64,000 nt of DNA from Acidobacteriota bacterium (lineage in GTDB: Bacteria > Acidobacteriota > Polarisedimenticolia > Gp22-AA2): NCBI GenBank assembly GCA_003223135.1, contig QHXX01000018.1, positions 65,904 to 129,903 of the forward strand, read 5' to 3'. A model generated the notes under the pieces. The model ran no database searches, had not been told where the DNA came from, and saw only the letters and a list, made by a program, of their open reading frames with translations. Each line of letters opens with the position of its first letter. The first letter of the stretch is position 1. Below are positions 1-10,648 of this stretch, piece by piece. Both the position numbers and the translations under genes were made by a program.

Positions 1-406
1 CGGCCACATCCGTGACGAAATCCGCGACCTCTATGGAGACATCCCGAGTCCGGCGGAGAGTCTCCTGGCCCTGGCGTCCGTGCGCCTCATGGCCGACCGC
101 CTGCAGATCCGCGCCATCGACTATGCCAGCGGGCGTGTGCAGATCCGGTTCACGGAGGATGCTCCGATCGACCCGGAAGTTGTGGTGCGCCTCGCCGCCA
201 CGCGTTCCGGTCTGAGCCTTCTGCCTTCGGGTGTGCTCCGCCTGCGGCTGGACGGCACCGGCGACCCCTCCGGAACGATCCGGCCGGCCGTGGACCAGTG
301 GCGCATCGCCGCCGTCCTGAACCTCTTGAAGTCGATCCGGACGGGTGATAGCATGCCCGCTGCTTCGCAGCCCACCGCTGTCGGGCCATCCACTGAGGAC
401 AGGTGA
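1..406 (+). CDS. mfd: Transcription-repair coupling factor, C-terminal TRCF domain (5'-truncated by window edge)
   Basis: Frame open from base 2: GHIRDEIRDLYGDIPSPAESLLALASVRLMADRLQI, matching the Mfd C-terminal pattern (E..D.YG.IP...LL....R..A..L.I); followed by SurA-type genes, a common context. Confidence 0.8.
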   Translation, partial: GHIRDEIRDLYGDIPSPAESLLALASVRLMADRLQIRAIDYASGRVQIRFTEDAPIDPEVVVRLAATRSGLSLLPSGVLRLRLDGTGDPSGTIRPAVDQWRIAAVLNLLKSIRTGDSMPAASQPTAVGPSTEDR

Positions 407-1482
407 GGAATCAGGCGCCCCAGGAAAACAGTCAAGGACAGGTGTGCGGCGCGGGAGCCTCGGCGGGTGCCGGAGTACGCGGTGGAGAGGCGCGGGCCGG
501 CGGGGCCATGGTGGCGACCGGCGTGTTGTTGGTCCTGCTGAACGCCGCTTGCTCCAGGAGACAGGACAACCCTTCCGACGCTGCCGCCTCCCCCACGCCC
601 GGCGCGAACCGGGCGCAGGCGATGCTCGATGCCCAGGTGGTCGCTACGGTCGGCGGTGATCCGATCTCGCTAAGGGCGTTCGAGCGCTACCTGGCGGACA
701 ACGTCGGCGACGCAGAAGACGACGATGCCGACCAGGCGAACGCCATCAAGAGCCGGCTCCTCGACCAGCTGATCGAGGAGCAGATCCTGTTGCGCGCCTC
801 CCAGGGCCTCGGGGTCACCGTGTCCGAGGTGGAGATCGACGACTACCTGACCCAGATCGGCGTGAGCGAGGGAGAGGCCGAAGTCGCCGGGGGTGAGGGC
901 AAGGAGGCCTTCCGCGAGAAGGTGCGCCAGAGCCTCGTCCTACAGAAGGTGAAGGACAGGGCCGTCCTGAGCAAGGTCGAGGTGACCCCGGGCGAGGTTG
1001 AGGACTACCTCAAGAAACAGTCGGAGACCGCCCGCGTCCCGCGTTCGGTTGTCCTGCGCCAGATCCTGATCGATGATAAGAGTCTGGCCGAGAGACTGTC
1101 CGCCCAGCTCGCGAAGGACCCCGCGAGGTTCGAGGCGCTGGCGCGTGACAGTTCCGTGGCCCCGGACAAGGGACAGGCCCGCGCCTACAGCGAAGACGAC
1201 CTGCCGGCCGAGATCAAGGACGCCGCCTTCAAGCTGGAGCCGGGTCAGGTCAGCCCGGTTCTGGAGTACGCCGGGGCCTTCCTGATCTTCCAGCTCGTGC
1301 GCAAGATGGAGGCGCAGGACGCCGACATGCGCGACGTGAAGCGCCGGGTCCAGGTCGACCTGTTCCGGAAGAAGGGAGAGCAGGCGCTCGAGCGCTACAT
1401 CGCCGATCTCAAGAAGGATACGGAAATCCATGTCAACCGCACCGTCCTCCCCTTCGATTACTCGGGGGAGTACCGCAACTAG
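403..1482 (+). CDS. SurA/PrsA-like parvulin peptidyl-prolyl isomerase, probable lipoprotein (true start may be ATG 508)
   Basis: LLVLLNAAC lipobox-like segment; VVATVGGDPIS, LLDQLIEEQILL, LRQIL, FEALARDSS, AAFKLEPGQVSPV. Confidence 0.8.
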   Translation: MRNQAPQENSQGQVCGAGASAGAGVRGGEARAGGAMVATGVLLVLLNAACSRRQDNPSDAAASPTPGANRAQAMLDAQVVATVGGDPISLRAFERYLADNVGDAEDDDADQANAIKSRLLDQLIEEQILLRASQGLGVTVSEVEIDDYLTQIGVSEGEAEVAGGEGKEAFREKVRQSLVLQKVKDRAVLSKVEVTPGEVEDYLKKQSETARVPRSVVLRQILIDDKSLAERLSAQLAKDPARFEALARDSSVAPDKGQARAYSEDDLPAEIKDAAFKLEPGQVSPVLEYAGAFLIFQLVRKMEAQDADMRDVKRRVQVDLFRKKGEQALERYIADLKKDTEIHVNRTVLPFDYSGEYRN

Positions 1483-2647
1483 CGCCCTCCTCGCGGTCGT
1501 CGTGTCTGTCCTCGTCCTGTCCGCGCCGGCCAGGGGCGCCATCGTCGAGGAGATCGTCGCCAAGGTGAACAACCGGATCGTCAGCAAGAGCGAGTTCGAG
1601 GAGCGTGGCGCTTACATCCTGAAGCAAATCTACCAGCAGTACTCGGGGACGGACCTCGATCAAAGGCTTCTGGATGCGCACGAGACGATGCTGGCGAACA
1701 TGATCACCGAGCTGCTCCTGGTGGAGAGGGCGCAGACCCTCCTGGATCTCGACAAGGTGCGCAAGAACCTGGTGGACGACTTTCGCAAGCAGCAGAACAT
1801 TCCAAGCGAGGAAGAACTTGAGCGACTGCTCAAAGAGCAGGGGATGACCCGCAAGGACCTGGAGGAACAGCTGATCCGGCTGGCGGTGCCACAGGAGATC
1901 ATCAACTACGAGGTGCGGCGAAAGATCAGCGTGAGCGACGCCGAAATCAAGCAGTACTACGACCAGCACCAGAAAGAGTGGGAGACGCCGGCCACCGTCA
2001 CCTTCAACGAGATCGTCCTGTTCTACGAGAACGCGAACCACCCCGAGGTGGTGTCGCGCGCCCAGGGGGTCGTGCGCGAGGCGCGCGCGGGGACCGAGTT
2101 CGGCGAGCTCGTGCAGAAATACTCCGAGGCCGGGAGCAAGGAGACGGGCGGCTTCCTCGGTCCGCTGGCCGCGACCGATCTGCACCCGGCGATCGCGAAG
2201 GCGGCCTTCGGTCTGGGGGTGGGTGACGTCAGCGATCCGATCGAGACGGGACGCTCGATCCAGGTTCTCCGGCTGGTGGGGAAGACGGACCGTATCGTCA
2301 AGACGATCGACCAGGTCAAGGACGCGGTCGCGAAGACGGTGCGCGAGGAGAAGTTCCGTCCGCGCTACGAGCACTACATCAGGAAGCTGTGGAAGGAGAG
2401 CCAGATCGAAATCCTGCCGAAGTACGAACAGTTCCTCGTCTGGTCTCCCCTCAAAGGGACGAAGGGGGCCGGGGAAAAGCTGCCGGTGGGCGCCCCGGGC
2501 GCGGAGCCCGAGGGACAGGGCGCCGCTTCCGAGACCCCGGGTCCGCCGCCCCTGGAACCGGCCGGTGGGGCCGGTGCGCCGGAGCCGAAGCCGCCGGGCG
2601 CTCTCCCGGCGCCGCAGGAGACGCCAACCCCAGGGATGGCCGACTGA
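1430..2647 (+). CDS. SurA-like chaperone/PPIase with Pro/Gly/Ala-rich tail
   Basis: Signal peptide, IVEEIVAKVNNRIV, FGELVQKYSE, GGFLG, AFGLGVGDVSDPIET; start uncertain. Confidence 0.85.
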   Translation: MSTAPSSPSITRGSTATSALLAVVVSVLVLSAPARGAIVEEIVAKVNNRIVSKSEFEERGAYILKQIYQQYSGTDLDQRLLDAHETMLANMITELLLVERAQTLLDLDKVRKNLVDDFRKQQNIPSEEELERLLKEQGMTRKDLEEQLIRLAVPQEIINYEVRRKISVSDAEIKQYYDQHQKEWETPATVTFNEIVLFYENANHPEVVSRAQGVVREARAGTEFGELVQKYSEAGSKETGGFLGPLAATDLHPAIAKAAFGLGVGDVSDPIETGRSIQVLRLVGKTDRIVKTIDQVKDAVAKTVREEKFRPRYEHYIRKLWKESQIEILPKYEQFLVWSPLKGTKGAGEKLPVGAPGAEPEGQGAASETPGPPPLEPAGGAGAPEPKPPGALPAPQETPTPGMAD

Positions 2648-2667
2648 GCGGTCGGAAAAATTCAAGG

Positions 2668-2696
2668 TTGGCGGCCGGGCGGTTCTGTGGTAAATT
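2668..2696 (+). promoter_or_regulatory. Putative sigma-70 promoter for hfq
   Basis: TTGGCG-17 nt-TAAATT with TG extension (TGgTAAATT) in the intergenic region. Confidence 0.55.
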
Positions 2697-2936
2697 TGCG
2701 CCAGGCAAACGTCCCCAGGTTTCTACCAGCCGGAACCGTTTTCTCGATTCTGGTGCGAGTTCTGTTCCGGGCGCTCGGGGCCCCGGACAGAAATCTCGGG
2801 AACCAGCCGTTATCCGAAGCCCGGAGCGTGGCGCGGGCGTGACCGCGCAGAACGTGAGGGATTCTCGAACATGCGTCGCTATGATTTCGACAACCAGGGC
2901 CCGGCGCAGGACGAACTCAGGCAGGGAGCGGACCAG

Positions 2937-3263
2937 GTGAATCGCAAGCTCATCCGACCGAACCTATCGGAGTTGAAGGACAGGCTGCAACCAAGGCAGC
3001 CGCGGCGCAAGCAGGTTCCCCCGGAGTCGACCAACGCCGAGGCGTTCTACTACCTGAAACAGATGAACTCCAAGACTCCTATGGTCGTCGTGCTCAAGGA
3101 TGGCGAGGAGCTGCGGGGAGTCATCGAGTGGTATGACCGCAACTGCATCAAGGTCAACCGCGTGGGCGCTCCCAACCTGATGGTGATGAAAGACTGCATC
3201 AAGTATATGTACAAGGCGGAGGAGCAGGACGAGAACCGGTCGCCGCGATCCGACGGGATCTGA
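2937..3263 (+). CDS. hfq: Hfq/LSm-like RNA chaperone (GTG 2937; alternative ATG 2871)
   Basis: FYYLKQMNSKTPMVVVLKDGEELRGVIEWYDRNCIKV...LMVMKDCIKYM Sm-fold pattern; GGGAG RBS before the GTG. Confidence 0.75.
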   Translation: MNRKLIRPNLSELKDRLQPRQPRRKQVPPESTNAEAFYYLKQMNSKTPMVVVLKDGEELRGVIEWYDRNCIKVNRVGAPNLMVMKDCIKYMYKAEEQDENRSPRSDGI

Positions 3264-3327
3264 GCATCCGGAGAGACTCCGTCCGCCTCGTGCAGAAGGC
3301 CTGGCGCCCCGCCGGGCGATCTCCCGA

Positions 3328-4408
3328 ATGAAGCCTGCTATCGCCGTGACGACCGGCGACCCTTTCGGTGTGGGGCCCGAGGTCGCTCTCAAGGCGGCCC
3401 GAGAGCCCGCCGTCCTCGAGGTCTGCCGCCCGCTTCTCATCGGAGACCGCCAGCACCTGCGTGGGGTGGCGCTGGGACTGCCGGGGGCCACCGTGGGTGA
3501 CCCGGCCGCCTGGCCCGAGGTCTCGAAATCCCCCTTCGGGTGGGGCTCGAAGCAGGGCGACGACATCCTCGTCGAGTCCTGGCCGTCCGGGCCGGCCATC
3601 CACGACATGGCGGACCGCCCCGAGCCTCCCTCTTCCCCCGGGCCCTCGGCCGCCGGCGGACGCAGCTCGGTCATGTATGTGAAGCAGGCGGTGGGCCTGG
3701 TGCGCTCCGGCGCAGCCGCGGCCGTCGTGACGGCGCCCCTCAGCAAAGAGGCGATGCGCCTGGCGAACGTCCGCTACCCCGGCCACACGGAGCTTCTGGC
3801 CGATCTCTGCGGCCTCGAGCCGGATGAGGTGGCGATGCTGTTCCTTACGCGCGAACTCAAGGTCGCCCTCGTCACGGTCCATCTCGGGCTGAAGGACGCC
3901 ATCGCCTCCCTGTCGTCCGCCCTCGTGGAGTCGAAGCTACGACTGATCCATTCGGAGCACCGGCGTCTCTTCGGCGGGGACCCCCGGATCGCCGTCTGTG
4001 CCCTCAACCCGCACGCTGGCGAAGGGGGCCTGTTCGGCGCGGAGGAGCGCGACATCCTCCGGCCGGCGGTTGAGGCGGCGCTGGGCACGGGCCTGAACGT
4101 GGCCGGGCCGTTTCCCGCCGACACCCTGTTCGTGCGCGCCGCCCGAGGGGAGTTCGACGTCGTCCTGGCGCTCTACCACGATCAGGCGACGATCGCGGTC
4201 AAGGCGCGCTCGTTCGGGAGCGGAGTCAACATGACCCTCGGCCTGCCGTTCGTGCGCACCTCCGTCGATCACGGCACCGCCTACGACATCGCCGGCAAGG
4301 GAATCGCCGACCACGGGAGCATGGTCGAGGCGATCCTGCTCGCGGCGCGGCTGGCAGGAGGCTCGCCGGAGCGCGGGACCCCCCGAGGTCCGGGGGGCTC
4401 CCGGCCTC

Positions 4409-4422
<14 letters not shown>
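3328..4422 (+). CDS. pdxA: 4-hydroxythreonine-4-phosphate dehydrogenase
   Basis: IAVTTGDPFGVGPE, TAPLSKE, GHTE, LNPHAGE, YHDQ, GLPFVRTSVDHGTAYDIAGKG. Confidence 0.95.
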
Positions 4423-5396
<974 letters not shown>

Positions 5397-5416
<20 letters not shown>

Positions 5417-6446
5417 TGTTCAACCTAAGCACCCCGCGCGCCGGCCGCCCCGCGGTCCCCCCGGCACGCCCGGACGCGGCGACCTCCGAGTGGGGGTGGG
5501 CGCGACGGTAGACCTCGATGAGGCGGCGCGTCGACACGGCGGTGTACCGTTGGGTCGTCGACAGGGAGGAGTGACCCAAAAGCTCCTGAATCGAGCGCAG
5601 GTCGGCGCCGGCGTTCAGCATGTGCGTCGCAAAAGAGTGCCGCAGCATGTGTGGCGAGACGTGCTTCTGGAGAGCCGCGGCGCGCAGGCGCCCATTGAGG
5701 ATCCGGCGCACGCTGCGGTCGGTCAGGCGCCCGCCGCGGGCGTTGAGGTACAACGCGTCACGTGCCGCCCGTGGCATCGCCGAGTCCGGGCGCCCGGTCC
5801 GCCGGCCAGCGCGTCCTTCGGGGTGGTTTGGCAGGAGTTCCGGCCGCGCTCTCAGATAGGCCATCAGGGCCGAGACCGCCTTGGATCCGATCGGCACGAG
5901 GCGCTCCTTCCGTCCCTTTCCGAGCACGCGCAGCATCCCGTCCCCCGTGGCGCGGGACGTCTCCAGGTCGCCCAGGTCCGCTCCCACCAGCTCGGCCACC
6001 CGCACGCCGCTGGCGTAGAGCAACTCGAGGATGGATCGGTCGCGCAGGTCGCGCGCGCCCGTCCCGAAAGCGTGGTCGAGGAGCGATTCTACCTCATGCT
6101 CGCTGAGCGCGTGAGGCAACCGCCTCTCGAGCTTGGGCGTTGCGACCATCGCCGCGGGATTGGTCGCCACGAGTCCACCCCGCACCATGTGGCGGAACAA
6201 CGAGCGCAGGGATGCGAGCTTGCGTGCCACCGTCGCACGGCTGACGCCCCGGTCGTAGAGATGCGACAGGTACTCCCGTATGGCGTGATGATCGAGGGTC
6301 AGGAGGGTGGCCTGTTGCCTCGGTAGCAGACCGTTCGACACGAATTCCTGGAATTCTTTCAGGTCGGCGCGGTAGCAGCGCACCGTCTGGGGCGAGGCTT
6401 TGACGTTGTGCTCGAGGTACAGGAGAAAGTCCGCGACCGGGTCCAT
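5397..6446 (-). CDS. xerC: Chromosomal tyrosine recombinase XerC
   Basis: Catalytic R (SGVRVAEL), K (GKGRKER), HxxR (HMLRHSFATH), H (LLGH), Y (TTQRY); belongs to the dprA-topA-trmFO-xerC string. Confidence 0.85.
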
Positions 6447-6487
6447 TCCGCTGTGATTCTACCCGATCACCCTCCGCTCCTCCTTTC

Positions 6488-6517
6488 TTGACAGATGCCA
6501 CCGAGGGGGCGTAAATA
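6488..6517 (+). promoter_or_regulatory. Possible sigma-70 promoter for pckA
   Basis: Perfect TTGACA at 6488-6493, only an imperfect -10 (GTAAAT/TAAATA) 17-18 nt downstream. Confidence 0.35.
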
Positions 6518-8191
6518 GTGAGATTCACGGACAAGGGGGCGCGGCTCAGTCCCCCGGGCCACGAGGGGGGTTGCGTGGAAGAACCGTCAGGAGGGGCGGA
6601 GACCGCTTCCGTCAGCGGGCCGAGGACCTCTCTTATCTCCTCAGTCATCGATCTTCCAGTCAGGCCTCGTTCGGTCGTCGCCCGCCCCGACCCCGAGGAG
6701 TTGCGCACCCTGACGGAGCGCATGCCGAACTGCCTCACCACAAAGTACGGCAACGTCAACGTCCAGACCCGCGTCGTCGCCCGCAGCAAGGCTTCCACCT
6801 TCATCGTCACGGACGATCCGTCTCTGCACAGGGGCCAGCCGACGATGACGAAGGAGCAGGGCGAGCGGATGGCCAGCATTCAGGACGAGTACATCCACAC
6901 GCACGACATGGTCGTCGTGGACGGATACATCGGCAACGATCCGGTCCTGCGCACCCCCGCCCGCCTGATCATCGAGACCGGCAACGCCAACATCGCCGCC
7001 ATGCAGCAGATCCTCTACTACCCGCTCGATCGGGCCGGCGAGAGCGGCTTCGAGCCTCTTGTGACGGTGATCTACACGCCGGGCCTGGAGGCGAGGGGGT
7101 TCCCGAACGACCGGCTGATCGCGGTCGACCTTGAACGCGGGATCACGCGCGTCTTCAACTCGGACTACTTCGGCGAGTCGAAGAAGGGCGGCCTGAGGAT
7201 GTGGAACAAGCTGGTCTACGACAGGGGCGGCCTGGCCATGCACGCCGGCTGCAAGATCATCCCGGTCGGGGGACAGAACCGCGTGGCGCTCATCATCGGC
7301 CTGTCGGGCACCGGCAAGACGACGACCACGTTCTCCAAGCAGAACGATTCGAGACCGGTGCAGGATGATTTCCTGGCGATCATGCCGGATGGCAGCATCC
7401 ACGCGACCGAAAACGGCTGCTTCGCGAAGACGTTCGGCCTGGCCGAGGAGACCGAGCCGGCGATCTACCGGGCGGTCCTGAAGCCGACGTCCTATCTGGA
7501 GAACGTGTCGCAGAAGAATGGCATGCTCGACTTCTTTGACACCTCCTACACGCAAAACGGTCGTGCCGTCTTCAAGATGTCCGATATCGAGGGCGCGGGG
7601 GACGCGCGCGCGATCAAGAAGGCCGACATCCTTCTCATTCTCAACCGCAACGAAGACATCATCCCGGCGGTGGCGCGCCTGAGCGGGACGCAGGCTGCCG
7701 CGTACTTCATGCTGGGCGAAACCAAGGGAACGAGCGCCGGCGGGGCCGAGGAGGCCGGCCGGTTCCTGCGCATCCCGGGGACCAACCCGTTCTTCCCGCT
7801 CGACCACAGTCTGCAGGGGAACCGCATCCTCGAGATCCTGAAGACGAATCCGATGGAAGTGTACCTGATGAACACCGGGCGGATCGGCGGTGGCGAGAAC
7901 GACCCGCGCAGCCTCAAGGTGAAGATCCGACACAGCAGCGCCATCATCCAGGGGATCGCCGAGGGGACCATCCGTTGGGAGAGGGATCCCGACTTCGGAT
8001 ACGAAGTGGCGTTCCGTGTCGCGGGCATCGAGGGGGACGACGAGCGCCTGCTGCGCCCGCGCGAGCTGTACGCGCAGCAGGGGCGCCTCGACGAGTACCG
8101 GACGATCGTCGAGCGGCTGCGGGCCGAGCGCCGCGAGTACATGAAGTCCTTTCCCGGGCTCGCGCGCGATATCGCCGAATCCGTGTCCTGA
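6518..8191 (+). CDS. pckA: Phosphoenolpyruvate carboxykinase (ATP); true start probably slightly downstream
   Basis: YFGESKKG, MHAGCK, P-loop GLSGTGKTT, QDD, ENGCFAKT, LENV, TQNGRA, YLMNTG. Confidence 0.9.
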   Translation: MRFTDKGARLSPPGHEGGCVEEPSGGAETASVSGPRTSLISSVIDLPVRPRSVVARPDPEELRTLTERMPNCLTTKYGNVNVQTRVVARSKASTFIVTDDPSLHRGQPTMTKEQGERMASIQDEYIHTHDMVVVDGYIGNDPVLRTPARLIIETGNANIAAMQQILYYPLDRAGESGFEPLVTVIYTPGLEARGFPNDRLIAVDLERGITRVFNSDYFGESKKGGLRMWNKLVYDRGGLAMHAGCKIIPVGGQNRVALIIGLSGTGKTTTTFSKQNDSRPVQDDFLAIMPDGSIHATENGCFAKTFGLAEETEPAIYRAVLKPTSYLENVSQKNGMLDFFDTSYTQNGRAVFKMSDIEGAGDARAIKKADILLILNRNEDIIPAVARLSGTQAAAYFMLGETKGTSAGGAEEAGRFLRIPGTNPFFPLDHSLQGNRILEILKTNPMEVYLMNTGRIGGGENDPRSLKVKIRHSSAIIQGIAEGTIRWERDPDFGYEVAFRVAGIEGDDERLLRPRELYAQQGRLDEYRTIVERLRAERREYMKSFPGLARDIAESVS

Positions 8192-8224
8192 GCCCATTCC
8201 ACCGGATGCACCGCCGCCGAGCGT

Positions 8225-8253
8225 TTGACTCTCACGGTCGAATCACTTAGGAT
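8225..8253 (+). promoter_or_regulatory. Sigma-70 promoter for the small lipoprotein gene
   Basis: TTGACT-17 nt-TAGGAT about 50 nt upstream of ATG 8306. Confidence 0.7.
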
Positions 8254-8305
8254 GTCGCGCGCATTTTTAAACCCCAGAACCCGTGGGAGAGAGGTGAACC
8301 AGACC

Positions 8306-8563
8306 ATGGCACACTCGAAGAAGTTCGTGACCGGCTGCGGAATGGTCCTCGCCGCCCTGCTCGCGGTGGCGTGCGCGGGCCAGCCGACGCAGGAGCAGAC
8401 CACGACGCCGGAGCAGACCTCGCAGGCCCCGGCCCAGCAGGCCGCTCCGGCGGACCAGGGCGCGGTCCCGGCCGGCGCTCCCGCCGAGGGCACGGCGCCC
8501 GCCGAGGGCACGGCACCGGCGCAGGGACAGGCTCCGGCCCAGGGTGACAAGCCGCACAACTAG
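8306..8563 (+). CDS. Small (85 aa) low-complexity lipoprotein with A-P-A-x-G repeats
   Basis: MAHSKK + hydrophobic stretch + LAVAC lipobox; GAGG RBS; own promoter and terminator. Confidence 0.75.
   Translation: MAHSKKFVTGCGMVLAALLAVACAGQPTQEQTTTPEQTSQAPAQQAAPADQGAVPAGAPAEGTAPAEGTAPAQGQAPAQGDKPHN
8476..8545 (+). repeat. About four degenerate tandem 18-bp units encoding (APAEGT)2-APAQGQ-APAQG
   Basis: ccgccgagggcacggc occurs twice at an 18-nt period, followed by two degenerate copies. Confidence 0.75.
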
Positions 8564-8605
8564 ATCTCGCATCGGGACCGAGGCGTGCGGCACCAGGGTC
8601 AAGAT

Positions 8606-8648
8606 AAAGGGGGATAAGGATTTCGCCTTGTCCCCCTTTTTCATTTTC
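8606..8648 (+). terminator. Intrinsic terminator (probably bidirectional)
   Basis: AAAGGGGGATAAGG-ATTTCG-CCTTGTCCCCCTTTT followed by TCATTTT. Confidence 0.85.
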
Positions 8649-8687
8649 CGGCTCGATCTTAAGGCGGCCGGAGTATCGTGAGAGACC

Positions 8688-9248
8688 ATGCCCTTGACCG
8701 TCTTCACCATCGGCCATTCCAACCGGTCCCTGGATGCTTTCCTGGCGATCCTCAAGGCTCACCAAATCGAGTGCCTGGCCGACATCCGTACGATCCCGCG
8801 CTCACGCCACAATCCCCAGTTCAGCGCCGAATCCCTGGAGAAGTCCCTCCCCAGGGCCGGCATCTCCTATGCCCGCCTGCCCCGCCTGGGAGGGCTGCGC
8901 AGGCCGCGCAAGGACTCGCGCAACCTGGCCTGGCGCAACGACACCTTCCGTGGCTACGCCGACTACATGGAGACCGCCGAGTTCGAGAAGGGGATCGCCG
9001 AGCTCCTGGCCCTGGCTCGCGACCGGCGCACCGCCATCATGTGCGCCGAGGCGCTCTACTACCGCTGCCACCGGTCACTCGTCTCCGATGCGCTGGTGTG
9101 CCGAGGCGTCGAGACCGTGCATCTGCTCGACCGCAACAAGACGTCGGCGCACCGCCTGACGGCGTTCGTGAAGATCGAGGACGGCCGGCCCACCTATCCC
9201 GCGACTCAGCCGACGCTGCCGGTGCCGGGCGCCGACGAAGAGGAGTAG
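8688..9248 (+). CDS. DUF488 family protein
   Basis: FTIGHSNR, DIRTIPRSRHNPQF, LGGLR, FRGYADYM, MCAE...CHRSLV. Confidence 0.9.
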   Translation: MPLTVFTIGHSNRSLDAFLAILKAHQIECLADIRTIPRSRHNPQFSAESLEKSLPRAGISYARLPRLGGLRRPRKDSRNLAWRNDTFRGYADYMETAEFEKGIAELLALARDRRTAIMCAEALYYRCHRSLVSDALVCRGVETVHLLDRNKTSAHRLTAFVKIEDGRPTYPATQPTLPVPGADEEE

Positions 9249-9279
9249 CGGCCGTGGTCGGGCGAGGTTCGGCGCGGTC

Positions 9280-10050
9280 ATGAACCGGCTCTCCGGTATG
9301 CGCGGCGTCCTGTTCGACGTCGACGGGACATTGCTCGAGGACGACCGGCCGATTCCCGGGGCGCCCCAGACACTCGATCGGGTGCGCTCCCTGGGGATCG
9401 CCGTCCGCCTGACGACCAACACATCCCGCCGCCCCAGATCGGCCGTGGCCTCCGTCCTGCGCCGGGGAGGGTTCCGGGTCGACGATCGGGAGGTCCTGGC
9501 CCCGTGCGTCCTGGCCCGCCGGCGCATCGTCGACTCCCAACGCACCCGCGCGGCGTTCCTTCTTCCTGCCGCGGCGCGCGAGGACTTCGAGGGTGTCGTG
9601 GAGGACGAAAAGCACCCCGACTGGGTCGTCGTCGGCGACATCGGCCGCGACTTCACCTGGGAACGGCTGAACCGGGCCTACCGCTGGATCCGGGGCGGCG
9701 CCGCGCTCATCGCCCTGCACAAGAACCGCGTCTGGGACAATGGGGTGGACGGCATCGTCCTCGACGCCGGTCCGTTCGTCGTCGCGTTGGAGTATGCCAC
9801 GGGTGTGGAGGCTGAGCTCGTCGGCAAGCCCTCGCTCCCCTTCTTCAGGCTCGCCCTCGCCGACCTCGGCCTGCCGCCCGATCAGGTGATGGTCGTCGGC
9901 GATGACCTCGAGGCGGACTGCCGTGGCGGCGCTGCGGCCGGTTGCCGGACCGCGCTGGTGCTCAGCGGCAAGACAGCCCGCGAGGAGGCGGCCCGCTCAC
10001 GGCTGCGCCCGGAGCGGGTGCTGGAGTCCGTCGCGGATCTCCTCGAATGA
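9280..10050 (+). CDS. HAD-superfamily IIA hydrolase (LHPP/NagD-like)
   Basis: FDVDGTL, TNTS, VGKPS, VVGDDLEAD. Confidence 0.9.
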   Translation: MNRLSGMRGVLFDVDGTLLEDDRPIPGAPQTLDRVRSLGIAVRLTTNTSRRPRSAVASVLRRGGFRVDDREVLAPCVLARRRIVDSQRTRAAFLLPAAAREDFEGVVEDEKHPDWVVVGDIGRDFTWERLNRAYRWIRGGAALIALHKNRVWDNGVDGIVLDAGPFVVALEYATGVEAELVGKPSLPFFRLALADLGLPPDQVMVVGDDLEADCRGGAAAGCRTALVLSGKTAREEAARSRLRPERVLESVADLLE

Positions 10051-10054
10051 ACTC

Positions 10055-10648
10055 CTACAGGAGATCGAGGACGCACAGATGGTCGTAGAAGGCGTCGAAG
10101 TTTTGCTGGCCGGCGTCGGGGAACAGGGTCATCAGCTGTCCGTAGACCTGGTGCAGCTTGCGGCTGCTGCTCTTGAGGTACGTCCCGCGTGAGCGGTAGA
10201 CATCGCGGTTGTCCTTGCCCGCCGCGCCGACGGAGAGCGCCTGGTTCCAGGTCTCGAAGTAGGCGCGCTGGTCGCGGATGGCGTCGACCAGCAGCCGCTG
10301 CACCTCCCGCAGCCGCTCGGGGGCCGGCAGGCCGTCCAGGATCGCGATGAGTGAATCGACGCGGTCGCGGTACTCCTGCACCGACTTCCCCCTGCGCCCC
10401 TCGGACTGGAACCATGTCCAGGCCTGCATTTTCTCGACGATCGCGAGGTCGACGAGCTCGAACAGGCGCGACAGGTAGGCCGCCTCCTCCCGGCTGAAGC
10501 CCCTGGAGGTCGGGTCGAGGGTGGCGTGGCGGTGCTGCATCTCCCGGTAGGCCTCCTCGACGGTCATCGCCTGCACGGGCACGAGGGCCGAGAGGGCCAC
10601 GAAGGCGGCAAGAAGGGGGGCGCGCGCGCGGTCAATCCAGGTCCGCAT
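10055..10648 (-). CDS. Hypothetical secreted helical protein
   Basis: Signal peptide (LLAAFVALSALVPVQA), coding-like composition, overlaps the end of the upstream gene. Confidence 0.65.
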   Translation of the reverse strand: MRTWIDRARAPLLAAFVALSALVPVQAMTVEEAYREMQHRHATLDPTSRGFSREEAAYLSRLFELVDLAIVEKMQAWTWFQSEGRRGKSVQEYRDRVDSLIAILDGLPAPERLREVQRLLVDAIRDQRAYFETWNQALSVGAAGKDNRDVYRSRGTYLKSSSRKLHQVYGQLMTLFPDAGQQNFDAFYDHLCVLDLL

